Of a stretch of DNA of 64,000 nucleotides, positions 42,451 through 59,072 are shown piece after piece. The stretch's first letter is position 1. Each line of letters begins with the position of its first letter. Source of the stretch: the human T2T-CHM13v2.0 reference genome, Homo sapiens. Location of the stretch: NCBI RefSeq assembly GCF_009914755.1, contig NC_060927.1, one strand, 5' to 3'. Position numbers and translations under genes: made by a program. The notes beneath the pieces were generated by a model that saw only the letters and a program-made list of their open reading frames with translations, did no database searches and had not been told where the DNA came from.

Positions 42451-43479
42451 TCACATTTAGAGGAAACAGCCGATTGTGCAGCAATTGTTTCACCATCGCA
42501 GTACTAGATACTTTAAATATCCAAACAGCATGTGACATGATACCTGGATACAACTCAAATTTGCTTAATATCAAATATTAAGCAAATTTAAAACCATCAA
42601 GTTAGAAAATAATTTAAATCGGGTTATTAAATGTAGATTTATACCCCAACCAAAATTCACATTTTGAGGATGTAAATAATAAAACTCTGCTTCTCTATTT
42701 TCAGAGCTTCTGATTTCCACCTGAAGCAAGTCATTCCTGCTCTGTTTGCCCACTGCCCATTACTTACAGGGTGTACATTTGAGATTGAGGGGCTCTTCAA
42801 GAATTTATTTGAATATCCATGGTACCTTGATTGAGGTTATCCCTCCTGCACTTATTCCAAAAACAGAATGCCCACAGTTACCAGTGGGCCAAGACAATGT
42901 GCCACGTTTGTCACCACCCAAGTAAATAAGATGGGTAGCTCACAAGCAGGTGTGTTTGTGTCAAAGGTACCCCCTAGTCTGAATGAAATAGGTAACAAAA
43001 ATTACTCACAGAAGAATGCCTTTCTTAACCTGTGTAAAATTTTGACATTATAGTCATCCACAGCATCAACTTTGCCCTTTAAATAGTCACCTTTGCCTTC
43101 AATTGTTTACTGTCTCTCTTCCTCACTCGACTATATGCTCCTTGAGGGCAGCGGCTGTTACTATCAGGCTCCTCATGATATGGTACAGTGCTAAGTATAC
43201 AGCAAGTCTCCCAATAGCCAACTCCACTGAGCAGCAAGAGCTGTCTTTTTAAACTGGAAATAAGATCATGTTACCTACTTAAAATCATACTTGTGCTCCC
43301 ATTCATCCCAGGGTGAAGACCATTGTCCTGATCGTGGCCTACTGCACCATCTACTGGCTCTTTCCAATAATGCTAATTATCTTATGACACTCTCCCACAC
43401 CCTCTTTTTATTCCAGCCACCTATCCATTTTTATACTCATTGAACATGTTCAATAATAAACAGCCTTAAAGTTTTTTTT

Positions 43480-45040
43480 TTCATTCAGCCATTCACTCAT
43501 TCCTTCATTCATTCCTTTATTTGTTTGCCACTTACTAAAGTCATCTACCACGTACCATGACATTTTCTATGTTCTGGAGATACACCAGCGAAAAAAATAA
43601 ACACCACTGATCATATGGAATTTACATTCCCATTGGGAGACAACAAACAAGCAAAATACATAGAATGTCGATAATAATAAGTGTCCTAAAGAAAACAAAG
43701 AAAAGCCACTGGTGGGGAGGGAAGGTTTGCTATTTTAAATAGGGTCATCAGTTAAAGTTTCATGGAAAAGGCAACATTTGAGCAAGAAAAAAAGTAAGAA
43801 GCAAGGCATAATAATATCTAAGGGTAAGAGCATTCAGACAGAAAGGAACAGCAGGTGCAGGGGACTGGGGCAGGGTTGAGCTAAGAGCATTTGAAGAAAA
43901 CCAAACAGGCTACTCTAACTGGAATGGTCAAGAAAGAAAAGAGGTGAGCTCTAAGAGTCAGGCAAGAAGCACATCAAGTGAGGCCTTGGGAACCAGTGTG
44001 AGGCCTTTTGCTTTTATTCTGAAGGAGACAGGGATTCATTACGGTTCTGGGCAAAAGAGCGACATGATCTGACTTTAATTTTTAAATGATTACTCTGGCC
44101 ACTGTGCAGAAAAATTGACCATTAATTGGTAGAACAAAGGTAAGAGAAGGGGAAAGACAGCATGAGAAAACAGAGTGACCAGTTAAAGAGCTATTGAAAT
44201 AACCCAGGTAAAAGATAATTGCAAGTTGGACATGGGTGGTGGCAGTGGGGGCAGTTGAAGCAGCCAGATTTGGGATATATTTTGAAGTTACAGATGGCTA
44301 GATTTTTTAATAGCTAGCGTGTAGGGAGGAACAGAAAGGGACAAGTCCAGTATAATGCCAAGATTTTTGGCTTGAACAACTAGAAGATGAAAATGTCATT
44401 TACTGAATTAGAGAAGATGGCAGGGGGAGGAAGTTTGAAGTTAAGATCAGAAATTTAATTTTGGACACATGAAGTTTGATATATGTATTAGATACTCCAA
44501 CATCAAATATATACTTTCTGAAGTTCATAAGATAGGTCAGAGAGACTTAAGTTTGGGAGTTAACATATAGCATATATTTAAGCTACAAAACTGGATGAGA
44601 CTTGATGAGATCCTCCCGAATATTTCATACAGATGAAGAAGAGAATGGAACTAAGTTCTGATTATTGGGACGTCCAATATTTAGTGGTAGTAAAGATGAT
44701 GAGGAAAGAGCAAAGGAAATTAATAATAAGCAACAAGTGAGGTGGGAAAAGCAACAAGAGGAGGTTAAAATATTCTGGAAGCCAGGGAAAGAAAAAGGTT
44801 TCAAGAAGGTGACAGTAACCAGCTGTACCAAGGGGTGCTGACAGCTTAAGTAAGCTAAGAATTGTTCATTGTCCTCAACAATGTGAAGGTCACTAATACC
44901 CTTGACAAAAGCAACTTCAGTAAAGAGGCAGACCGCATACTTGGAGTGGGCTCAGGAAAGAACCAGAGTGGAGGATTTGGAGACAGTATTATAGATAACT
45001 TATTGAGGGAGAACTAATATAAAGAGAAACAGGTAAATGA
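43480..45040 (-). mobile_element. L2 remnant in intron 6
   Basis: (CATT)n-like 3' end at about 43480-43515 followed by purine-rich decayed L2 body. Confidence 0.75.
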
Positions 45041-45815
45041 ACCAGTATCTTTTTTCTGTCTGGAATGTCACCTATTTACGCCCACTTCACCGCTTTCCCC
45101 AGTTAACTCTTAGTCGTGTTTTAGATCTCACTTGCAGTATTTGTTCTGATCTATTCTAAACTGATCAGACTTCTGATTATAGTTCCCTGTCATTTTCATT
45201 TTAGCTTTTATTACAGTTAAAAATAATAATCTGTATGAATGATGATGGGAGCAATGTCTATATGCCATACATCATAAACTCCATGACACTGAGTGTTGGA
45301 CTTCATCGGTCTGTGGTCTTTTAGGTCAGCACCTCTTTAATTGCATAGAATCCCTTGGTGTCTTTTCTGTCCAGAGAGAATTATTCCATCCATTTCAGTC
45401 TGGAGGGAAGGGCAGCCCTTCTGTGAGTAGTAATTGTTGTACCAAGGGACTCTTCGGTGACCTTCCTAGATGAGTCAATCTCTTTCCAGAAAACGATGTG
45501 CTCTCTCACAATAATGGCTTTCATAGGAAAAGATTTTCTGACTAAAACGTGGGCTCCAAATGAGTGACAATTTCAGCAGGTAACTGGACATTCTATATCA
45601 CAAATCATCCCACGAGGAGTAACATAAAATCAAGGACAATTTCTAAGGCTGGAGGAGAAGAGAGTCTATGACCTTAGTAAAAGAAAATGTTCAGCTTCTA
45701 TTAACTCTGTTAACCCTAAAAGGTTACACGATGTTATAAAAAATGAACAATTTCATTTTGTTTCTTTAAATTATTGGCTCAAAATAAAAATGAACACAAT
45801 GAGTCTCTGATTTTA

Positions 45816-45923
<108 letters not shown>

Positions 45924-46352
45924 TCAAATCTAAATTAAAAGCCACATTTAAAAAAAAAGTAATGGGGAAAAAAAGCATCCTTATTCCAAATACATTAAAA
46001 TTTACAAACAATCTAGAAGCTTTGGTCGTCTTGAAAAGTTCTACTACTTTAACATTTTTTTGTTTGACCTTCTAACAACATTGGATAGTCTCTTAGAGCT
46101 GTATTCTGACTAGCTATTTGATATAGCTTCATTTTAACAAGCAATAAATAATATGCAAATTTACTTAATTTGGTTTTAGCATATTAAAAACGGCAATCTC
46201 CATATGCTAAACATCAGTTACACTTGCAATATTCATATTGAAGATTATGAAAGCTAAATAAAAATAACCAATTGCATGACATACGCTTTTTATTTTGACT
46301 CTATGTATTTCTATATATTTCAATCCTTTTTTCCATATAGCATAAGAAATAG

Positions 46353-46689
<337 letters not shown>

Positions 46690-48275
46690 TAGCTTTTATA
46701 CAGTCAGCATTAATGCTTCTACTTTCCACTACATAATTTGCACCTAAAAAATTATTTCCAAGTTGCATATATGCATGTATGTGCATATACAAACACACGT
46801 CACCTTCCTTTCTCCATCTGAATATGTTTTGCTCTAACAGTAAATAAAGTGACTCAAAAAAGTAGATATTGTGTTTTAAAAATCCGTAACATTAAAAAAA
46901 TTCTAATATATTTTTAATATAAGCAAATGATCAGAAGAAAAAGTATTGGTCTTAAAAAAGCTAAGAAAAACAGGTTTTTCTTCTTGAAGTATAATTTGGT
47001 AAAATGTTCGAATATGATTTCATTACTTTGGAAGTTACAGTTCTGTAACATACATAGTAAATATTCTTATTCTGCTCTCAAAGTCCAATTCATATAAGCT
47101 TTATAATTTTCTTAAGGTTTATATAAGCTCATTGTTAATGGCAGTTCATGTAACTATACAACTATATTTGTAAATACACTTATAAACAAAGATATTAGTT
47201 TCATTCTTCTTGGCTGATACCTTGTATCAAGCACAAATTTATAGTTTTATTCTTAATTTTTATGGCATTAATCATTCCTGGATTCACTTTCATTCCAGGT
47301 ACTAGGCTAGACAATTCAAACACAAAGATGAGTAAGAGAATCCTTGTGCTGCTGAACGTTCTGCAAGAACTGGGTCATAAGCAATTTATTACTCCATAAT
47401 ATGAAAGAATATCTCAAATATAATAATTTAGCATAATATCTATTAATTATAATTAATACTAAATACTCTATACATTTAATTAATTTTGGTTTCTGGAACC
47501 TGACTTTACCATCACAGATAATCCATACATAACTGAAAACTTTAACCATGCCTTACAAACCTTTCTTCTAGCCAAAATTTGGACTCTCTAGCAGAAGCAG
47601 CATAATTACATGTGCTTTATCCTCCTGCCTAGTCATTGAAGCAGGTGTTAAATATACTGTTGTATTATTTTAAATATCATTACCTATAAAAACAACAGAT
47701 TTAAAGCACACTGAATCAATAATTCAGCAATATATTCTTTACTCTCCTGTTTGTTATGAAGACAGGATCTGTGCCATTACAGTTCAATACATGAACATCT
47801 AGCAAAATGTGTCTCACATAGATATTCTATAAATGTTTGTTAAATAAATCATCCAGGCAGGGGCTATATAAAATAACTGATACAAAATGAGTTCCGGTCA
47901 CATTACAGATAAAATATTTTTTTCCTTAACAGACTAAAATGAACAGGCTATAGTCAATAATCACTTAAATTGATAAAGGTTTCCTCCAGTAAAAAAGTAA
48001 TTATGCTTACATATTTATCTATAATTTTGGAAGTCATCAGTTCACATTACTTAAAATTTAAATTGGAATAATATCTTTAATTCTTATGCTCTATCTTATT
48101 CCATTTCTCCTTTCTATGCTATCACTATTACAGGGCAATTTGAGAAGCCTAAAATAAAATGCCTTTCTATTACATATTTAATCTCCTAACACAAAAAAGA
48201 GACACTTGTAATTAGCTTTTCTAATAAGAGAACAGACTCATTAAAATTTTATCTGAATAAAAATCACAGTTATTA

Positions 48276-48416
<141 letters not shown>

Positions 48417-49202
48417 CTACAGAATATAAAATTATGTATAGAGTTAAGCCAGGAATTCTGGTATGACACTACCTGATCAAGTATATTTTTAAAAAGTGGT
48501 GAATATACTCAAACACTTGGAACTATTCTCACATATAAAAGGCACCAGCTACACTCACTAAATTTTCTCTCAGGAAAAAGTCCTTATGGTCCTGCTAGTG
48601 GACCTATTTTAAAAGATAAATCATGTAATAGCTTATGCCTTATCATTGAGTAAATTTTTTTTTAACTTAGGCCTTAGAGAAAATGTAAGAGCCATGAAAT
48701 ACATATGTAATTATCTAATGCAAAGTATATATCAACAAACTCCAATGATTTAAAAGACAGAAAGTGAGTTCAAACAATCACAGAACACTTGTCACTAATA
48801 TGGCGGTAAAAATTACCCTAGTTAATACATTCATGAGATGGTCTTCCCCATTCCGTGTTTCTAAGGACATTGATCCTAATTCAAACCCTGAGAAATACTG
48901 CACTAAAGAGTCTCTGATCAATCAGAAATTGTAGTTTAAAAAAAAAACCAGTATCCCTTATAGATTAGTATATAGCAATTTAGTATTCTGTTTTCTTTAA
49001 CCTCAAAAACATAGACAACACAAAAACTAACTTCTATATGTTACTGGCTACAGAAGACAGACTATGATACTCATACAGTATAAAAGGAATACTATGATGT
49101 AAAATACGCAACTGTCAGTGAAGATAAGCATTGAACATTACTATAAAAGTTATAAAAGTAAAAATTAACTTTCCTAGAAATATTGGAACAATAATTTATT
49201 TA

Positions 49203-49346
<144 letters not shown>

Positions 49347-50086
49347 CTAAAAAGAGAATGACATGTTATTGCTTTAAAATACATCCAGAACTCTGATAAT
49401 ACATAATGGTTTAGGAGCACTGCTACAAGTAGGAAAGGAGGACTGATCTTAAGAATCTAGACCACCATACAGATGTGTGACCTTCAGGAACATAATTCTA
49501 TCAATGTTGGTTTTCTCATCTGCTGTTACTATATCATCCTTAAAGTAACTTCCAGCTTGAACATTTTATGGCTTTCTGGCAATTTCCACCACTGCAAACC
49601 AGCCATAAGAGTGCTTACTTAAACGAACAGTAGATACTAAAAAGACAAGAATATTATTTGGAAGCTTCTGTCAATTAATCAATCAATGGGAGAAAATCAT
49701 CCTACTCCATTAAAAAAAGCAATTAGTGAGTTATATAACCATCTCTTTCATTTGCTTTCTATAGCAACTAATGAAAACATGTTCAGGAAGCTAAAGAAGA
49801 AAAACAGGTTTGATTAACACAATGTGCACGCACAGACACATACATTTTCCACACCTTCTCAACTTCTTTTACCTCCTATTTGTTGTATTCTTTACCATAT
49901 AAAACCAAACATTATCTCCTTTAATCATCCGTTCACATATTTGCCAGCAATATGACTATTTTTGATAATAAAAAATAACAAATTTATTTTTTTAACTGAA
50001 TCTACCATTAAGACTTAGAACTGAATAAATGATTTTGAATTTATCCAGCCATATAAATGGAACTTCCAAATGATTGAAATGATAGC

Positions 50087-50398
50087 TTTTTATTTATTTT
50101 ATTTTTTTGAGACAGGGACTCACTCTGTCACCCAGGTGGAGCACAGTGGTGCGATCGCAGCTCACTGCAGCCTCAACCTCACAGGCTCAGGTGATCCTCC
50201 CAATTCAGCCTTTCGAGGAGCTGGGACTACAGGCATGTACCACCATGCTCAGCTAATTTTGGGGGGGTCTGGGGTTTTTTTGTAGAAATGGGGTTTCTCT
50301 GTGTTGCCCAGGCTAGTCTTGAGCTCCTGGGCTCAAGTGATCCTCCTGTCTCAGCCTCCCAGAGTGCTGAGATTACAGGCGTGAGCCAATGCAGCAGG
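50087..50398 (-). mobile_element. AluJ
   Basis: 'gcgatcgcagctcactgcagcctcaacctc...ctcctgggctcaagtgatcctcctg'. Confidence 0.9.
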
Positions 50399-51381
50399 CT
50401 GAAATTGTAGCTTTTACACAAAGTTGCCTTTTTTACTAAACTTTCTAAAAGGAGGTAGAATACAATTTTAAAAATCCAGATTAAAAGCTATATTATGTCC
50501 TCATCATTGAGGAGAACGTATTCTTCAGTCTCCTCTAATAGAGAAAGGTTAAGTACTCACAATTCTTAGTAATTAAATATTTGTATAATGCCTTATAGTT
50601 TATAAAGACTTTTACATTCTTATCTCACTTGATTCCAGAAAATCTTTGTGACCTAAATATTAAGTGAGATTACATAAGTTGCCAGAAGTCCCAAAATAAC
50701 CAAGCGGCAGAGCCAAAAGCTCAACGCAGAGCTTCTAATACTCACTTCTCTTCTCTGAACAGGCTTCCACAGCACTTCCTTCAGATGCCAAAAAATAATA
50801 AATTATGGTTTATGACGGAGAGGCCAAGTAAGTGGTGAAAGGAATGTCTAAGTTACATGAATACAATTATTTCTCCTTCATTATGCCTCCCACCTATTAA
50901 AGCTAATCATCGCCAGGTGTTGCTATTATTCAAGCCATTATCACAAAACATGAATCAATAAGACCAATCTATTTCAACTATTTTAAGCTTAAAAAAAAAA
51001 CTCCCTTAAGCTACATGAATTTGTAGCATAATATGCTACAGTAATATGTTTAAGAAAGGGCCTTTTGCTCACTCATCAACCCAGAACAAGGTATGAGGAA
51101 ACAAAATACTATAAACCAGTTTTCCGTGACTACCACTTTGGCTAATCTATCCACCTATGCTTTCTCTGTTTTGTAAACGGCTCTATAATACCTCCAAAGG
51201 CCCATCATAAACTAATAATAATTTCTAAAGGTGTCTGTTGGCAGAGAAAATACTTGCAATTTTAAGACATGAAGAATCTACTTCATGCTGAATTTAACCC
51301 CCACATCCTTTGGAACACTAATCCATTCATCTTGCTGTACACACAAATGTCTCCAGAGGCTACTGAGTGATGGGTGTTGAA

Positions 51382-51817
51382 TGTTGAAAGGAACAATACC
51401 TGCATGGTTCTCTGATGCTCCTATATCTTTTGCTGGGTATGCCAAGAAGGCAAGGCCCTGACCATTGTTAATGGGAGCCATTTCTTAGGGCTGTCCTTCT
51501 AGCAAGCAGCCTTCAAGGATAACATAATGATGCCCTTGAAGACACAGAGCTGCTACAAAAGAAGGGATTCTCCAGGCTCAATATTATCCAGCTATGATGT
51601 GAACCCAACGTGTGAGCAGCAGCCATCTGGGTCATATAGTGTCACCCCTATGGGGCTTGGAGGACAAGGGGAGCCAATGAAAATATGATACCTACTGTGC
51701 CATGAGTAATAAAATAATTGTTCTCTGTTCTAGGAGTCCTGGGCCAGAATCGACAATATGGTAACAGGTTAACTTCTAAGTTTGTAGGTAGGGTAAAATC
51801 AAATCACAGACTTGACA
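51382..51817 (+). mobile_element. ERVL solo LTR (LTR40-like)
   Basis: TG...CA; 'gctgggtatgccaagaaggcaaggccctgacc', 'gtgccatgagtaataaa', 'tttgtaggtagggtaaaatc...cttgaca'. Confidence 0.55.
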
Positions 51818-52606
51818 AAGGAGTATTTGCTCATTCACTGAATAACTTCAATATTTTGTTTCCAAAGGTTCTGTCTTCTGCTACTCTAACAGTCATTTCT
51901 ACTAGGGTTGCTTGTTGAGTGGAGTATTTTAATTTCTCCATTTTCTCCTTCTCTCTTATTCATGGAATTGCAACCAACTGTTAAGGAGAGCAAAGCTTTC
52001 TACCAAATCCGGAACACTGACCTGTGATTGTTACATAATAAATATCTCTACTCTTTAGGCCCCTGGATTTTGCAAGTATTTTTGTTATAGTAACTTAGGT
52101 TTTACTTACTAGTACATTTGTCTATAGTAGCTGTCTCACCTTGCTTTTCACTTTCTGTTTCTAAATTCTTGTAATCTTCATAACCAAATAAGAGTATCAT
52201 AATAAATCTAAATAAATTTAATTTGAGAGACAATGCAAAGAGTAAAGACTATAGCCTTTACGGACTAAACTTTGCTCACAAAACTCTTTTGGTGAGGGGG
52301 AGGGTACATCCTGCATTTGTGTTATGCTCCAATGAGTTCAAATTCCAGTCGGAAAAATTTTTAGAGAAAACTTTATGTCATTTAACTCACAACCTCAAAA
52401 TGTCAGCATGCTATGGAGCAAACTGAAAGAAAGAACTGGCTTGATTGATCTTTCAACAATAAGTCTGGTAGCTAATGTTTAAAAGAGTTCACTTGATACT
52501 GTCAAATGGGAGGTCTGATACACTGCTAGTGTGAGTATAAAGCAGTATAAAATTTCTGAATAGCAATTTGACAATCTGCATCAAAAATTCAGAAAAATTA
52601 ATTCCA

Positions 52607-52938
52607 GGTCAGGCACAGTGGCTCACACCTACAATCTCAGCACTTTGGGAGGCTGAGATGGGAGGATCACTTGAGGTCAGGAATTTGAGACCAGCCTGGG
52701 CAACATAAGGAGACCTGGTCTCTACAAAAGATTAATGAAAAATAAAATAAAATTAAGCTAAATTAAACGGCATGATGATGCATGCATACAGTCCTCGTTA
52801 ATTAGGAGGGTGAGGCAAGAGGACAGCTTGAGCCAAAGAGTTCAAGGGTACAGTGAGCTATGATCATGACACTGCACTCCAGCCTGGACAACAGAGAAAG
52901 ACCCTGTCTACAAAAAAAAAATAAAGCTAAAAGAAAAA
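52607..52938 (+). mobile_element. AluJ
   Basis: 'gggaggatcacttgagg...cagtgagctatgatcatgacactgcactccagcctgg'. Confidence 0.9.
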
Positions 52939-54627
52939 AGTAACTTCAATGAATCAGCAATACTAATTATAAAAGCTTGCCTCATGGAAACAATCAAGAT
53001 ATGTGCTCAAAAAACAATAGCCTTGTCTATCAGTCTTGGTGCTACTTCTATTAGCAAACACAGAGTGACTGAATAATGTATAGTTGTTAAAAAATATACT
53101 ATTTAAGCATATTAAAGGTTGCAGAAAAAGTCTTCTAAGTTATATGAAAGAATATATTGTATCTTTCTAATGTAAATGCACAAAAACTCACAGCCTAAAG
53201 TATTTTAAAAGATATAAAAATATCAATATGGTTACCTATGGGTAAGGGGATTGTTAGTAGTTTTTATTTTTTAGCTATACGTTTTGATATTATCACTTCA
53301 TTTACTTGTACAGATTCTAGATTCCAAAAATATAAGCGGTTTAGTAAGGATTACAAATATATGAATCATCTAATCACACATACATCTGCAGAGTGTGCTA
53401 CTTAAGGTGTACATCTTGCGTACCTTAAGTATATTAACACATTAAGAAATACAACTTAACAAAATATATCAAATTACTTGAAAGAAATATAATGAAAATA
53501 ATACCATAATAATACCAAATAATACCATAATAATCCTTTTTAATGAGCCAAATTATTTATTTGACTTATAGGAGGTTATCATCAAAAGACATTATTAGAT
53601 TACATAAATAATTTAATAAAAGAAACTTCTAACTGTGTAAAAGTCAAATTAACTTAGTGAATGGTTTAAAGTCAAATTTTATTTAGAACATGTCATTTAA
53701 AACTCAAATACACAATATAAAAAACAGTAAATGTTGAAGACAAAAAAGTGTGTGTGTGTGTGTGTGTTCATTCATGCTTGGAATATATTTTAAAGTGCTT
53801 CTTGCAAAACACAAATTTTCCATGTACTGGAAAATTACTGAGATAATATGTTCCTTAGGTGGCCAACAGTTTTATATAAAAAATCGGATGTGTTCAGCTG
53901 GTTAGAAGTAACTGTTAGCATATTTTGAAAGATGGTAATGAATGTAGCTCTAGGCTTCATGAAGGAAAGTGTAGCAGGCTAACAGAAAACGCACAGTTAT
54001 TGAATCATATAATTCAAATTGCCCCAATTATACTACAAATATCTCCTAATGTTGTGAGGAGAAGCTTTTCTTTAAAAAATTTTTGCTTAAAGCAGAGTGA
54101 AAAAAAACATATTGATCAAGATAACTATTTGATAGGCTACAGGTCAAAGTGAATTATCAAACAAGTGATTTCTAATTTATAGAAAAATACTACTTCCACT
54201 TCTTTTTTATTTCACTTTTAAAATTTCAGCTTTATTGAGTTATAATTAACAAAAATTGTATATATTCAAGGTGTAAAACAATGTTTTGATATATGTACAC
54301 ATAAACCCAACATATTTTAACAACATGTATATTTTTTGTTTCTACCAATCAGATGAGATGATGGCCACAGAGTATTTGCCAGCTGTTAATCCTTTAATAG
54401 CTGAGTTGTCCCGAGTTCTGGAAGTTCTGGAAGAAACATGAGGGTGGTAGGAGTTGTACTCACAAGTCCCTGAGCAGTACCTATTTATCAAATATTAAAA
54501 TATTTTTATTTTAATAATAAGTATAGCCATACCAGTGTACAATGCTGAATATCAGTATTCTGTGTGCATATATATGTATATGTGTATTTCCAATAAGACT
54601 GAAACACACACACAGAGACACACAGAC

Positions 54628-54770
54628 AGGTCTGGCTAATTGTTATTTTTAGTAGAGAAAGGGTTTCACCATGTTGGCCAGGCTTATCTTGAACAACTGA
54701 CCTCAGGTGATCTGCCCACTTCAGCCTCCAAAAGTACTGGGATTACAGGCATGAGCCACTGCACCCGGCC
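54628..54770 (-). mobile_element. Alu left monomer only, abutting a (CA)n tract
   Basis: 'ctggctaattgttatttttagtagaga...gagccactgcacccggcc'; right arm absent. Confidence 0.85.
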
Positions 54771-54879
54771 TATAATTAATTTTTAAGTAATTTGTAGAAG
54801 AGGGTGGAAGGAACATAAAAAAGAAAAAAGTAATCAAAAATTTGTAATTAAGTAGAAAAATAAGTGATATTCCAGATGA

Positions 54880-55244
<365 letters not shown>

Positions 55245-55542
55245 AAATGTGTGTTTTTAATAGTCACAAATATCTAGTGTAAACATTATTTTAAAATGCA
55301 TAGATAGAATTTATAATCGCTAAAACTTTAAAATAACTTAATACAATTTAAAGTAAAGCTCATAAATTTCATTTCAACCAAACTAATCTTTCACTACTTA
55401 TCCTTGTTTTTGTTTTGTTTTGTTTAAAACAGGACCTATTTGTATAAATTCTATCCACAGCTCTGCTTGTCATTTCTGCTGAGCCAATTTAACATTAATG
55501 AAGCTTATGTGAAGAGTATGTGGGCAAGAATCTCTTTGCCAT

Positions 55543-55995
55543 TGTGTGAGGCTGAAAATGGCCTCCCAAAAGATATCCACACCCTACGCCAAGAATCTGT
55601 GAATGATACCTTCTGTGACAAAAGAAGGTCTTTGCAGATGTGATTAAAGTACAAATCTGGAAATGGAGAGATTCTTACTCCATTTCCAGATTCTGCAGGG
55701 GGGCAATCACAGAGGGAGATTTTACATATAGAAGAGGAGAAGACACTGTGACCCAGGAGGGAGAGAGTGGAGTGACGAGGATACTAGCGAAGGAATGCCA
55801 GCCACTTCCAGAAGCTGAAAATGTCATGGAACACATTCTCCCCTAGAACCTCCAGAGGGACTATGGCCCTGACAACAACTTGATTTCAGCCTGGTGATAC
55901 TGATTTTTAACTTCTGCACTTCAAAGCTATGAGAGAATACATTTACATTATTTAAAGCCAACATATTTACACAGTAGCCTTAGGAAACTAATACA
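55543..55995 (+). mobile_element. MLT1 (D-like) MaLR solo LTR
   Basis: 'tgtgtgaggctgaaaatggcctcccaaaagatatccac...ttctcccctagaacctccaga...taggaaactaataca'. Confidence 0.82.
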
Positions 55996-56105
55996 GCCAA
56001 TAAGGGAAAATTTGGAAACAATAATTTTTCTATGAATAAAATGGAAATAAACTTAGTTGAAATTTGTCAGTACTGGAAAGAGTTTAAAGATATAAGTTAT
56101 CTTCA

Positions 56106-56612
<507 letters not shown>

Positions 56613-58736
56613 TTATACCTAGCCTTCTTCCCACGTAAGTATTTTCAAAGATTAGACAAAAACAATCACTGCATACGTGATGTAAATGAAGCCTCTAAAT
56701 TTACCATATGGAAAAGCAAAGGGAATATTTTTTCCTACCCAATACCTGACATATTTGCTTCATTAAACAGAGATGAAACTATTTAAGTAAACAGATAATC
56801 AGTGAACAAAAAAAAAATATCTATTGAAAAAATTGCATTCTGAATTTCCTAACTAGGAAGATGAAAATCAGAAACACTCTTCATCGTAACTGCTAGTTCA
56901 TTGTGAACTTTGAGTTTATATTTCTATTAATGGGGAATTAAAATAAAGAGATCACTAAAATTAAACAGACCTTAATATATAAAAGACCACTTCCTGGGTG
57001 AATTTTTCTAAAACTGTACATAGTTAATCGGTAAGATTATATAAATTAGGGTAATATTTAGGCTACAAATGACATTATATATTATTTAATTAAGCCTGCT
57101 ATGGGTACCAAATAAACATAACTGTTTTCTTGAAATTATTTTAATTTTCTGTTAATTTTATCTGGATAATAAAGTTCATATATTTTAGAAATCTCTTTCT
57201 TTGCCTCATAATTTAGTTCATAGTTTTCAATTAATCAAATAAACTTATATAAGACATATGCATATAAAATCATCCTTGTGAGGCTCTTTACATCTACAAT
57301 GTTCAGGAATTGAGAGAGGTGGATAGAGAGAGATTAAATGATTAGATTTTGCCCCTGAGCTCTTATATTATGCAAGACTGGACACTACACAGGAGAAAAG
57401 AAGATATCCTGGCTAGTAGCTTAACTAAAAAAGGATAGAAATTAGTTAAACTTCTAAAGCAATAACCTATAGATCAAATTTCACTAGATACCATTATTTT
57501 AGATTTCTTATTTTAAAACATGCCATCATAATGTATTTTTTTTCTTTAATAAAAAACAAGAAACCTTTCCAAGGTTGAATCCATAGCAACAGCTTGAATA
57601 GGACAAAGGGTTTCTCTAACAAAAATAAATACTAACAAATCATAATTTTAAAACTTCATTAAAGGAAAAGACTGAGTATATTAGCTATGAAAAATAAATC
57701 TGTAATGTGATACAAATGAGTGTCAGACCAGTTTATACAAAACTTTGGGATAACAGACACCAATGTATAGAACAAAAAAAAAGACTATTTTTGAGGTATA
57801 ATACACATAGCTTCTTTGTCCCTGACAACACCAATTAGAGAATTATAAATATATTACAATCTCATTTCTGTAATACTTACACATGAGAAAGAAGAAACTG
57901 CAGAATATTGTGAAAGTAAATAAAGGTCAGTAGTCACTTCTGAAACCAGGTCCTGACTTAGAATGATTTAGAGAGACAGAAGCTTCTGCACCTATAAAAA
58001 GGAGTATTATCCCCCAAGGTTTATACCCTAGTTCCCCTATCTTCTAGCCTAGTTAAGGAGTATTACAATTGTAATATGGTTTTCTTTCTCTGCTTTTCTA
58101 CCGAGGCAAATCTTTAAAGAAATAAAGAAACAACTAAGTAGGACTGATAAAGTGTTTGCTTCATTTCAAGTACATTACCTGAACAAAAACCTTACAAAGT
58201 GAGGTCACTACAAAAAGACAAAGTCCAAAGGGATTATTTGAGATTTACGAAGCAGGCATTGAAAACGATATCCCTGAACAAGTGAGAATAAACACTCCTA
58301 AGTGAAAAGAAAAGGAACAATGCTGAGATGTTGTAATCATGTAAAGATTGATTAGGTGTCTTAGACTAGAAAACAAATGAATTACACATGATACAAAAAT
58401 ATGGGATTTAAACATCCAAGATATTGAAAGATCAATATCGTAATAAAAGAAAAAGGCTATGAAAAGGGGAAAAAATCAGTGAGTTTTCATTACTGAAAGA
58501 GTGTGCTTCAAAGAGACTCATCCATGTGCAGTGAAGGTTAGAATTCTATTAAGTAAACAGAGTTATAATCTGGTATAAAGCCAATAAAAAAAAATCTAAG
58601 AAGTATTTTCAGAAGTGATAGGATAGGGGAAGCACTATCATAGGATGAGTTGAAGTTCTTTTAAAAATATTTTATTAAGTATAATTACAAAAGTCTATGT
58701 GGTAATAAATTCAATCATTTGAAGAAAAAAATATGA

Positions 58737-59072
<336 letters not shown>

